A stretch of 64,000 nucleotides of DNA from contig NC_087263.1 of the NCBI RefSeq assembly GCF_037042905.1, positions 11,472,001 to 11,536,000 on the forward strand, in the 5' to 3' direction. The notes under the pieces were generated by a model, which saw nothing but the letters and a program-made list of their open reading frames with translations, did no database searches and was not told the origin of the DNA. Below are positions 12,393 through 25,600 of the stretch, in pieces. The position numbers and the translations under genes are program-made. Every line of letters starts with the position of its first letter. Position 1 is the stretch's first letter. The stretch is from Lytechinus pictus (Eukaryota).

Positions 12393-13715
12393 AGGATAAA
12401 CTGGGGGATCAATTCTCCCCCCCCCCCCTCCCCTGCTTTAGATCTCAGCCACTAAATTTGCATGCACGTATAGCCGGATGTAAACTACACGACTGTAAAA
12501 TAAATTTTAAAAAATACTTGTTTATATTTATTAATTTATGAGTTATGCAAATAAGCGTATGAAAATTTGCCCCAAATGTGTTTTTGTGTATGTTTTAGTA
12601 TTCAATTCACTTTATAGGACTACAGCTATAGTAGAATGCTAATTTTGGTGAAAATATCTTCTTCTTTTTTTTTTCATTTCTAGCAAATATCTACCAAAGA
12701 AATTGGCAAAACCTAATCAATTTCCTATATATTTTGTTATCTTTTTAAATTCTTATTTCTTTGTTTTTCGAACCTTTATTTCCTTTATTTCGATGAACTT
12801 TTGCGATCATAAATAGCATAAAATAAATCCATGTTAACCAACAAGAGTAATAATAATCGTATGTATATCTATGATTTTGGTTGAAAGCACAATTTGCATT
12901 GACTTTGTACACGGAATCACGTTTTTTAAAGCAATTTTAGGTTTGACATGCAAAATGTTGCATAATTTCGGAACCGCGTACCCGGGCATCACAAATTTGG
13001 TCTCAAAAGATGAACACGTGAAAGTTAAGAGTCACCAAGCGGCGCTGTCAAAAATTTTCGCGCGGCGGCGTAGTTACAAAATTTGTCAAATTGACCCCCC
13101 CCCCTCCCTTAAACGAAGGTTAAATCCGTCACTCTGACAACTCGTGTTTAAACTTTTAAACCATTGTTGACTTTTGTTTGACAAATTGTTTCAAAGTTTA
13201 AACAAAAGTTGTATACAAATAATTTCACACCCGTTCCTAAAAAGAAAACAAAAATAAGTCATCACGAACCATTAAAAAGTTGAAGTTTATGCATTTTCTA
13301 TTTCATAACATATGGGGCAGCTGCTCGTTTATTATGACATCACAAATTCAAAACTTAAACAAAATTATAACAACTTACTTAATTTTTCCTCAAACCCTCA
13401 CCAATATTTTTTATAATTTTTTCTGTTATTTTTGCAACAAAATTTTCTCTCCAGCGTGAACTTCCCCTTTAATTCCATTGTGAAACTTTGAATCTAACTT
13501 AAGTTAAACAAAGAATACATTGCATTATGTTATTCTAAAAAGGTAAAATCTATGGGCCTAATACAAAACACATCATAATCGGTGGTCCATGATTTTAGTT
13601 TCAAATTATTCATTTTGGATAATGACAAACAATTGCTGAAAATAGTCATTTGAATAGAGCCAAAGACAACTCATGAGGACAATTATAAGTGAGTAGATGA
13701 TCTTTGTAGGTTTGC

Positions 13716-14014
13716 ATAATAATAATAATTGGCATTTATATAGCGCTTTATCAATCTACGACTGTTCAAAGCGCTTCACAATCATTATTACCCGGTCACT
13801 GGATTCATAGCATTTCAAGCAGCCTGTTAGGCGCAAACTTGCTAAACCAACCACAATGACGGTTGTTTCCTACCGGTACCCAATTAGCACCTGGGTGAGT
13901 GTGGCAAAGTGTGGATTGACGCCTTGCCAAAGGACGCTAGACCATGGTGGGATTCGAACACACCACCCTCTGATTACAAGGTGAGAGTCAGAACCGCTAC
14001 ACCATGGCGCTTCC
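13716..14014 (-). mobile_element. tRNA-derived SINE with L2-type 3' tail
   Basis: Minus strand: A-box TGGTGTAGCGG, B-box GTGTTCGAATCC, core CACCCAGGTG..TGGGTACC, tail AAGCGCT..AAGCGCTATATAAAT(TAT)n. Confidence 0.85.
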
Positions 14015-16503
14015 ATGGTGGAGTTTATAACGTGGAGAAGGTTTACCGTTCACTATGTGTAATATGAAGAAGGGAAGGAAATACAGGCAGAAAGACTGAA
14101 ATGGAAAGACGAGATAGGATGAAAATAGAAAATTAGAAATATTATTTTCTTGAAAGTGAGTGAAATCCTGCTACTACTCAAACCATCGCTACTCAAGCTA
14201 TATTCAGCTCATCTCATCTGGTTTACAGTCCCTTTTCAAAATGCCCTATATACAATGCCCTTATGCTAACTGTACGGTGCTAAGGACTTTCCTGCACTAA
14301 CACTTTGATGTGTGCTTGCATGACAAAAACTGAAAAATCTGCCCACTTCCTCCAATTCCAAATTAGTATGCCCCTCTGCTATAAAATCCTGGATCCACCC
14401 CAGTGGGAGATCAGAACAGACTGAAATACTTCGATCGTGTGACATACAATTCTCACTAAAAATTCTTTCAAATAATTACAGGATTTTGAATTTCAAACAT
14501 GATTCACTTACATAAATCAAATTAATGATTGTTGTTGATCCTGAAAGATGCGTCAACAAAGTCATGCTCAATACCAGGTAATTTATTCAACTATTCAAAC
14601 TTTAAATTAATCCTATCACACACTTTGGGGAAAATTTAAGATGTACACAAACCATTGCAATCTGACTTTCAAAGGCAGTTTAATAGCATTTGATATGGAC
14701 ATTCCGACCTATAAAACCATAACGATCAGTGGTATGAATGGTAAAATAAAAATTTCAGTCGATTTTGAGCTTCCCTTGGGAATAAAAGCAATAAACCAAG
14801 CATGCAAATAGTTGTAAATTCAAATCCTGTTCTACATATTTTACACTATGCAAGAGGAATATATACCAACATGTACTCATATGCAGAAAAATACACTAGT
14901 GTAATCATATACACATACGGATACATTATGCATGAACATATAAACATCATGGAATATTACAAGATACAAAAATATGCTTACATTTATAGTCACTGTTAAC
15001 TTTATGATACATAATTGCACTATTTCTTGTTTCAAAACCAAAAAAAAATAACCTCTAATGATTAAAAAAAAAATTGTGAAAATTTGAAAGAAATTGGATA
15101 AAGAATTGAAAATTTAATCTATATTTGAAAATGTAAGCTTCATATTTGCAAACTGTTGAGAAATGTTGGACAAATAGTAGAGGCAATTCTCCTATGAACA
15201 TGGCTGGGAATTTTTCTCATCTCTTCTGTACTAGTGTTTTTAGGTTTCTTAAACTATAAGTTGAATAATTCTTTGCAGCAAGTCTGAACAAGCACTAACG
15301 AAAATGGTAACTCCATGCAAGCTTGATATTGTGTGATTTGTTCTTCTCCTTCGAAATATACTAAAAATATAATTGTTTATATTATACATGTTTTTATTTG
15401 GTTATAAAAAAATTAAACAAAAAATGAATATCTTAAAATTTTGCATTTAGCGACTGGCCTGACATCACGATCGTATTCGACTATACGCTAAATATATACA
15501 CTACAGCACTCATTCCGTTCAAATTTTCGTCGACCACAAAATGGGGAAAAAAAATCAGTTTCGGAACTTTAAAAAATCTTAACTGACAGAGGAATACCGT
15601 GCAATGGAAAGCGTCGGGCAGAATTAGTGACTTTAGCACAAAAGGCTGTTAAACTGTATCGTGAAAGAGAGGGTTGTGATCACGAACTTTCCGAGCGAAA
15701 GCGACGTTGTGTTGTTGTGGATGACGGCACTGTTGATCTGAATGGCAAAACAGTGCATTGGACTTCCGAACAGGAAGTTGTAATACCGAAAAGCTATCCC
15801 ATAATGCAATGCGCGTTACAGGGATTTTTCCCGGATCTCGGCGAAATCGCTATTTGGGGTAGCGAGAATTACAGAACACTAACATGATCAGGGGTGATCA
15901 ATACAGCGTTGAAAATATACATGTAATGCTGATTATACGTCAAATTGTCTTTTGATTTCCTGCTCTCGCTAGCACAGCTTACTGCGCAGTTTGACCCATC
16001 ACAAGAAAGGCCAATTCTCACATATGTTTGTGTAGGCTTTCACTGCGAGAGCAAATTTAAAGACGTTTCAAAACTCAATCGTGTTCAGTGTTGCATTCGC
16101 AACGCTGAAGGTTCTAAGATCTGAGCTGATCACATTTCCTCCGAATCGCTATCTGAAAGACGTTTACCTTCACGACCGGGAATGGGGGACATTAAACACA
16201 CCCTTAGTTTCGCATTATATCTTCATTTTGTACTTTGCGTTTTGAATCATGATTCATGTGCTAAACGTTAAAACTTGAAAATCGACATTGAAAAAAAACC
16301 TCTTTGTAGGCCTAAAAATTTAGATTGTATGTTTTCCTTATTCTTTCCATCGTTGGCCTTTTAAACTAAAAAGGTGAATTGTTATTGTTACAAGGGAAAA
16401 CAAGCACTGATGGAAATGGCAGCTCCATGTAACATTTACTTCATGAAATTGGCTTCCTAAACTAAAGATTGATTTTTTTATTTATGGCGAGTCTGAACAA
16501 GTA

Positions 16504-16650
16504 CTAGTGAAAATGGTAACTGCGTGCAGGCTTGAGATTGATATATGTTTTCTTCATCTCTTCCGTCATTGGCTTTTTAGTCTCGATAAAGCGTTCTCCT
16601 TTTGTTGAACAAACTTGATTATTCAGGTATCTGACCATCTTTTTCTTCTC
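16504..16650 (-). CDS. CUEDC2: CUEDC2 terminal coding exon ([21 protein letters not shown]...ARSYHFH*)
   Basis: TTGCAG acceptor, TAG stop at 16506-16504; conserved C-terminal peptide. Confidence 0.93.
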   Translation of the reverse strand, partial: EKKKMVRYLNNQVCSTKGERFIETKKPMTEEMKKTYINLKPARSYHFH

Positions 16651-19600
16651 CTGCAATACAAGAACAATTAGAAAGACGGATCATTTGATTTTCAAAAGTA
16701 AAGAGTGAAAGAACATGAACCTTACAAAGGCTAGTATTCTCAAAAGGGTTTTCAATTATACCATGAAACAAAACCATGGACTATGCAGATGTGTGTACAT
16801 GTAATTACACTTATTTCATCACTGCACACTAAAGACCCATTATAAATGCACACTTTTGGTAAAGGGCACCTAACTGAAGAGCAACAATACAAGAAATCTG
16901 CTTAGTCCATGATTTTGTACCCTTGTACAACTGAAACCTCTTTGGAAAATACGAGCCAAAAAGGTTAAGAAATTCAGGATAATCTTTACCATTGTAATGA
17001 ATGGAGATTTCCAGTGCTCCCTTTTTGGGTTTCCAGGGGGCCGTTTCATAAAGCTGTTCGTAAGTTAAGATCGACTGGTGATCCTTATATACGTGCTAAA
17101 CCATCGCCAATGAATCTACCATAAACAAGAAAGGGTCACCAGTCGTTTTTAAAGTCGTTCTTAACTTACGAAAAGCTTTATGAAACACCCACCAGGTCTC
17201 TTTTGAGCATTTCGGGGGTTAACCCTAAATCTCCCGGGGTATTTTGATTCTTGTCATTCCCGGCCCCCCCCCCCTTAAGATCTCAGCCGCGGATTGCGCG
17301 ATCACAACGAAAATTTGCATGATGGTAGAGAATGACGTAATCTACGCAGTTGCATTGGTAAATTTCACTGAATTCATATATTTTTATTTCATATGAATTA
17401 ATTATGCTAATTTATTCATGAAATCATACTTTTTGCTCTGATTCACTAAATAAAGCTCCTAGAATGCTATTTTTTTTGTGAAAATATTCTTTATAGCATT
17501 CCTAACAATTGTGAATGAAAAAAATTCTGGTACCAAGACCAATTTCTTATGTATTTTATTGTTTTTTTTTTATTTCTTATGTATTTCTTTGTTTTTTACT
17601 TTTTGTTTTTTTGATGGAAATCATTCCAGACTTAATTCTGATTATATACAAGGCAAAACTAATTAAGTTTAATCCGTAAAAGTAGAAATAATGATACATT
17701 TATGAATTTTGGCTAAATACACAATTTGCATTTGATTTGTACATGAAATCAAGTTTATGAGCAATTTTGGGTCTGACATGCACTTACATGTACATAATGT
17801 TGCGTAATGTCGTAACCGCATACCCGGGCATCACAAATTTGGTCTCAAAATTTCCGCGAGGCTTGAAAGTAAAAAGTCAGTGAGCGGCGAGGTCAAAAAA
17901 TTTTGCGCAGCAGATATATCGCGAAAATTGTCGAGGGGGGGCCATTATGGTCCCCCCCCCGGAGAATTAGGGTTAAATTGCCCCTAACCTCTGTGTAATT
18001 TTTTTCCGGAATGCAGAGAAATGAGCAAAGAAGCATGACATTCTGCAAGTTGTGACGGGTCTTCCTCCAAACAATGATAATACACGTAGGCCTGGGCCCC
18101 CTCTTACCAAGAGTTACGATCGATCCAGTCGATCTAAACTGTATGGAAATCCATCCATACCATAATTTTTCTACAGAAAATTTGAAAAATCTCCTGAGTA
18201 AACAAGAGAACCGCACTGAATCTTCAAGAGAACGATGAATGTATGATTATACGAAAGACTACTGTATGATTACATGTAGATACATACCTGTACTATTTAA
18301 TACCACAAAACAGACAACAACAAAACATTACAAGGGTTCAGGGCCCTATGAAACAATGTTAAAGCTTATCAAATGCTGCAGATGTAGGAAGTCAGTTGTG
18401 AAAAAAGGTATTCAGTTGTGAAAAGTAGCCCCCCCCCCCCCAAAAAAAAAATAACAATAATAACATATATATTTTTTATATATATATATATCTGCCACAA
18501 AATGAGAGTGAACTCTACCTGTTTGGGAGCTACTGGTCTGTGGGTTACTGTGTCATCCTTGACGTCAACAAATCCATACTTCTGAAGTATTGAATTTCTG
18601 ACCGCTTTGTCATCGTGATGGGCTTTCTTCATTCTCCACTGAAACATAAAATAGAAAAAGAAGTTCATAAACTCTCTGAATTCTCTACAAACTTTAATCA
18701 TCACCAGCCATTTTGTAATTAGCGCAAGAGCAATTTTTCGCAAATGACCTTTCATTTTTTCCAATGAGATAGGTACTGAATTGATAATTTTCATTGCCTG
18801 GCATATCAAAATATGATAATTGAATTATAGTATGAGAGGTACCACTGCATATTAACGAACCCGTTTCATAGAGACTTGTTATAATACCAAACGCACGGTT
18901 TCTATAACAAGTTTACTAACAGCCAATCAGACTGAAGGATTTTAGTAGCTTTTAACTGTTATTGCAAATTAAATCTATAACTTTTACTTGCTTTGTATTT
19001 TGCTTTAATTCGGCTTGACATAGTAGAATACTTACTTAGATGTGATCTGAATATGAGGTTAAGCATTTTGCTTAGCCAGGTAAAAATGCTAAGTAAAATA
19101 TTTAAGTAATAATTTTATTTATTTATTTTTTTATTTATTTCTGATATTTTGACAGGGTAGCCCATTCACCAATAAGTAGTGGTCTTCCATGGGGCTCTGA
19201 ATAACAATAAACATATTTACAAAATGCATAACGTATGTACAGAATGTTACAGCATTAAGATTCACATTAGGATTTGAATGTAAAACAAAACATTAACAAA
19301 CTTAGCAGCAAACAAAACGCAGACGGGCACTCGTTTGACGTATAATGAATATCAATAAATCAAATTAATTAAGAAGGACATCTTGAAAATACTGATAATA
19401 TACACCAAATCATCAAGGTCATGCTAACACAAAATAAGCACAACAGTGGATGTTCCGCAAGTTATTTATAAATTACAAGTTCTTTTAAACATTCTCTTAA
19501 ATGAAATGACAGAAGGAGCTGTTCTAATTGAATTATCAAGCTTATTCCATTCAAATATTGAAGATACGATTGGACTACACTTATAACAATCAGTGCAAAA

Positions 19601-22600
19601 CTTGGGCACGCGTAAATATCCACTGTCTCTCTGTCTGGTATGATGTTCATGTACATCATTTGGATTGGTTAAGTTTACCTGAAGGTAAGAGGGTGCTAAA
19701 TTATGAACACATTTATATATCATCAAAACGCGACTGAGCTCAAATCGTTTGTCTAGTGTCATCCATTTAAGACTTGTGAACAAATCAGCCGACGGTGTGT
19801 CGTATGTCTTGTTCAATATAATTCTTGCAGCCCTCTTCTGAATTTTTTGCAGCTTAATTGTATGGGATTGAAATCTATTCGACCATACAGCAGAACAGTA
19901 ATCAAATCTTGGCAACACTAAACTGTTATAAAGCAACTTTAAGGACTGCACAGGCAAAGAACTTTTCACTCTCTTTATTATGCCAATGCTTTTCTGAGTA
20001 AGTTTACATACATTTTCAATTTGTTTTGACCATTTCAGTTCTTCATCTATCAAAACTCCTAAGCATTTGGTGAATTGAACTCTATTTATCAAATCACTGT
20101 TTAACGAAATCGTGAAAGAATCTATTTTCCTGAGATTAGCACGAGAACCTATTATCATGACACAAGTTTTTTCAGTGTTGAGGACGAGCTGATTATCTTT
20201 AATCCATGCCATGACCTTGTTTAATGCAACAGTTAATTTTTCTTCCAAAACTGTCGCATCATTCGCACTGACGGTAAGTGTCGTGTCGTCAGCGTACATA
20301 TCTATAATACCTTCATGAATACATTCAGGTAAACTATTAACATATATTGAAAATAAAAGGGGACCTAGAATTGACCCTTGTGGCACGTCTAATTTGACGA
20401 TTGAAGGGTGCGATTTGGCTCCTTTGAATTGTGTCACTTGTTGTCGATCAAATAAATATGATTTGAACCAAGTGATAGTCCTCTTACTACAACCAATGCA
20501 AGTTAATTTCTTTAAAAGCAGCTCATGGTCCACGGTATCAAAGGCCTTCCGAAGATCTATGAACGCAACTCCAGAAATTAAATTGTTATCAATGTTTAAC
20601 GACCACTGATTTACAAGTTTTGCAAGGGCAGTAGTTGTTGAATGCATAGGCCGAAAACCAGATTGATTTGGGTGTAATAAATTATTCACGTCCAAGAATT
20701 CACTTAGCTGTTGGTGAACAGCCCTTTCTAAAATTTTACTAACGATTGGTAATATAGAAATTGGGCGGTAATTATTCAATGAAGACATATCACCAGATTT
20801 AAATATTGGTACTACCCGAGCCTTTTTCCATTCACGAGGAACAACTCCAGTAGTAAGGAATTTGTTAATAATATCACAAAGGGACTCTGCGATTTTTTGT
20901 CATCTTTAAAAGTTTGCAGCTGACATGATCTTCCCCAGTTGATTTATCTATACTCAGATTATCAATCTGTTTCAAAACAAAATCTCTAGTAATCAACTCT
21001 AGCTCAAATTGAGAGTGAATTGAACCAACATTTGTATCATCTTCTACTTGAACTCTCTGTTGAGACGTATCCCTTTGCAGGTCCTTAGTAATATTAGTAG
21101 CATTTGAAATGAAAAATTCATTAAATGTTTCAGCAATCTTTGCATTGCCCGACACATCTGTTCCATCTACGTTTATGGTGTTGGGAGAAATAGGTAATGA
21201 CTTGGGCACAAGTTCTCTCAAACATCTCCACATTTTCTTACTATTGTTTTGATTTTGTGAAATCTGGTTAGCATTATATTCTTTTTTACTTTTTCTCATG
21301 AGATGAATAACTTTATTTTTCAGAAATTTGTATGTGTCCCAAATATCATTATTTTTGTTAACTTTAGCTGTATTTAGAACCTTATCACGTTCCTTCATTA
21401 GCTTGACGACCTCGTCAGATATCCAAGGACAAGCTTTTTTTCTTATCCGCTTTTTACAAAAGGGAATGTGCCTGTTGATTACATCATTGAAAAAAGTCAA
21501 CCATACATCCCAAGCAACATCAACATCATCTATATCTTTTACCACCTGCCAAGGAATATTTCTCAATTCACTATAAAATGTTTCCTCATCAAGATTTTTA
21601 AATGAACGAAATTCTGCAAATTCAGAATCTTTATACATCTTAGCACTGAAATCTCGAATTGTATACACCAAATAATGATCACTTATACTAGTTTCAAATA
21701 TTCCCCATTCATTGTATAGTTCTTTGTCTGATACAAATATCATATCAATTAAGGACGTTCCACAGTTATATTTGTGCGCATTATGATCTGCGCATAGTTT
21801 ACACTCTGCGCGCTGACGTCACAATGGATGAACAGGTGATTAATTAGCTGCGGGTATGAGCTGATTTTTCTCATCTTCTGCACTTTAACTGCAGATCCGA
21901 TGCGTTATTTCATGAAGCTAAAAATTGAATTATTCCATGGACCATTCAAAAAAATATTCTCTACAATTTCAAAATACTTTACTCTGCAGTGCTGCCAAGA
22001 ATCACGAATATTAGCCCGAGTTTGAATAAATGGTAGAGTGGTTTTGATTTTTTCTTCACATAGATACTAAGCATTCGGCCCATTTTTGGTGTTTTAAAAA
22101 GCACATTTGCTCTAATAAAAATGCTGATAGTTTAAAAACAAGCACATGAACCCCTATTTTTTAATGTTTGTACCTCTTAGGTATACCTTCCTCTACAACT
22201 CTGCAAATTTTGGTGAAAATGACATGGATTTTGAATAAAGTGCAGCATTTATTGTACGTTTGTAGTTTGTTACTGAAATTTTACATTTTTTAGATTGGGA
22301 TTTTGTTATCTTTTACGCCATTTTTAAGAACTGACAGTGCTGTTAAACTTAAAATTGCAAACAAATAGCACTATTAATAGATTCTCCATTCTAACGATAC
22401 AATTTTATTAACTCTCTTGCGAAATTTGATGACTTTTTCATGTATTTTGAATGAGTAATGGAGGTTTAAACTCATTGTAGTAATCTTGGGCGGTCTAAAA
22501 ATGCCAAATTCTTTTGAATGCGCAATTCTTAAGAACATCAATTTGGGTGAACTTTGAAGCTCTATAGCAAAAAATCAAGCACATGGACCTATGTTAATTT

Positions 22601-25600
22601 TTGCATATTTCGAATATTAAGGTTCTAAAGTATCTATGAGCAAAGTTTGGTGAAAATGACATGGATTTCACTTTAACTGTGGAACGTCCTTAAAGTGGCA
22701 GAGGTATTTGTAACTCTTGTAGGAGTATCAATTAGCTGACTCAGCCCGTACATATTTGTATAAAACATTATTTTTTCCCCATTCACATCATTTTGTTGTG
22801 GCATACAATCACAGTTGAAATCACCCAAAATAATACTGCTCATATCTTCCAAGAGAGCAGCATCCAAGTTTCTGTCTAATTCTTCAAAGAAATCAACATG
22901 ATAATTCGGAGGTCTATAAAACTCCCCAACCAGAATTGGAGACTTGTTTGGATAATGCAATTCAAACCAAATACATTCTAAATTTGGTGAAATCAGATCA
23001 TCCCTTCTTTTGTAATTGAACCTCTTCGATATGTATACAGCCACACCACCTCCGTGTCTCGTACGATCTCTACGTAATAAGACATAATCATCAATACGCA
23101 ATTCAGAATCATCAATCATTGAGTCGCAAAGTGTCTCATTCAATCCGACAACATCAAATGATGAATTTCTCAGAAGTAATTTTAGCAATTAAACTGTGAA
23201 TATTCAAATGAGCAAATTTTAAGCCTCTGTTTCTAAACCTAGGAACTGAACCATTTACTAATTGATTAATTTTACCCTTTCTCAGTTCATGTGATGGTTC
23301 CTGAAAATCATTTTCAAAACTACCAGTAGGCCTACTGGACGTATCAAGGTGATTAAAAGTCTCATTACCAACTTGTGAAGAGTTACGAGAAAATGATGGT
23401 GATATTGAATAAGATTCGTCACGGCTTCCACAAGATTCACCACAGTTAGAGACAGAGTTTAGCTGCATGTTGCTTTGACAAAACGTAGATACTCGTGCCA
23501 CCCCTGTTGATCTTTCGTCTGTGGAAGCCAAGGATGGACCGGGGTTGATTTCAGCCTCCCTCTGGGTGGAATCACCTCGAAATCCTGCGTTGAAGATCCC
23601 ATCAGAGCTTCAGCGTAGGTCATATTCTGATCAAGTGGAGCTTGCCCTCGAAGTCACTCGATGAAGCGTCGAAAATTTGAGGCTAGAACAGCTTGTCCTG
23701 CCTTATTTATATGTACTCCATCCTTACCAAGGTGCCTGTCACCGATGTTGTTGTTGTCGATGAAACCCCATCCCCTTTCACGTGAAGCTCTCTTCAGTCG
23801 CTCATTTACCACATCAACCCGGCGTCTCTGATGAGCTGATTCCCACCTGTAGTGAATTATACTGGACAAGCCAACTTCACAGCCATTCGCTGAGATAGCG
23901 TCTGCTAAGGATACGATGTTTTCAGCGATCTGTGGACTTCCATTATCCTTCGATAAGTCATTCGACCCAATATGAAGAATGACGTCACCTTTAGCCACCT
24001 TTGCCCCTGGATTTGGATGGCAGACAACATTCCGCTTTCGGCTGAGGAGTCGGCCCACGATGTGTTTAAATTGAATACCAGCCCTGGGGGTGTTTCACAA
24101 GGCATTAAGTGTGACTTGGAGTTATGATTAAATGCTACCATGCATATGAACTGTAACACAAGATCTTATCTCCTATGCAGTAGTTCGCTTTTTCTTAGCA
24201 TGATCTGTTTGATGCAGGAATGCCTTTTTTAAGGACTTTAACCCTAAGAAGACTAGGGGGCTGATTCAGCCCTCCCTCAACATTTTTTGCGATAAATCCA
24301 CTGCACAAAATCTTTTGACCGCGTCGCTCGCTGACTTTTTACTTTCAAGTCTCACGCAACTTTTGAGACCAAAATTGCGATCCCCGGGTACGCGGTTCCG
24401 TAAGTGCATGCAGGCCCAAAACTGCTCAAAAACATTTGTGTACAAATCCAATGCAAATAGTGTTTTTAGCCAAAATTCATAAATATATCATAATTTTTCC
24501 TTTCACTGATTAGAATCAATTAATTCCATCTTGTTTATGGTCAAAATAAAGTCGCCAAAACTTTCCATTAAAAAAACAATGAAAAACAAAAAGTTGAAAA
24601 ACAAAGAAATACATAAGAAATTTACAAAACAATAGCCCAGTCTATTAAGGGTTAAGTTTGACTCTCAAAGTCACTTAAATACTTGTGAAATACTGCCCAG
24701 GAATATGATTTCAATACTTCAGCTCACCTCATCTTTGGTGACTGTTGGAGCATGGTCATCCTTCTCCATCTCGACCAGCATGAGCTGGACTGCATCTTCC
24801 ATCTGGCCTTTGGCTGTTGTTAGGCAACGGCGAGCCTCCAGAGAACAGGAAGCGGGGAACATCTCCAGGAGCTGCCTGACCTGGGCATCTTCATCGTCTC
24901 CACTCTCCCCGGCCTAATGAACAAGGGTGAAAATACATTGTGTGAATTCTATGTTGTTCCTGAATTCTGTCAGATTTTTTTTTCATTTTCCTACATCACA
25001 CAAAAATGTGGACTTTGAATTTATTTTTTCAAAAAAAAAAATCAAGATATGCAAATGCTTATTTTATAAATGTGCGTCACAAGTAATGCCCTTAACTGCA
25101 ACTCCTACCCTGTTGTTTAACTCTTTGCCCGCCACGTACAGGAACAATCCTGCGCCACATTAATTTCAAGGTGCGACCTTAAGAGGGGTTTTGCATTGAC
25201 TATGCTAATTCAGCTCACAATAGCTAGTCATTGGTTTATTGTTATGTGATGCACACGTCCTTATTGTGTATGGTATGTGAGTATTAACAATAGACATTAT
25301 GCACTTTGTGTATTGTGAATAGATTGTGCCAAGTCGAACTTGGCAGTCCACTGGATGTGACTCTTCTCGAAAAAAGCAGGTAAAGAGTTAAACTTGCAAA
25401 GAAATATTGAAATAACCCCTACATATACAAAATAAAATCACCTCTTGCTTGTCAGGGCAAGGACTTGACCTTGGTGACCTTTTACCTCCTTTAACAGCCA
25501 ATGGGGTTGTCCTCTTCGTTGTTCCAGCATGAGAGGGCAGGTTACACGAAATCATCTCAGACAATACATCACAAGGAGGTTCATTTTCTAGTGAAAAGAA

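Noticed and set aside
23154..23531. Independent 125-aa gene
   Set aside because: It is the ORF1-ORF2 linker and the start of the LINE endonuclease ([11 protein letters not shown]).
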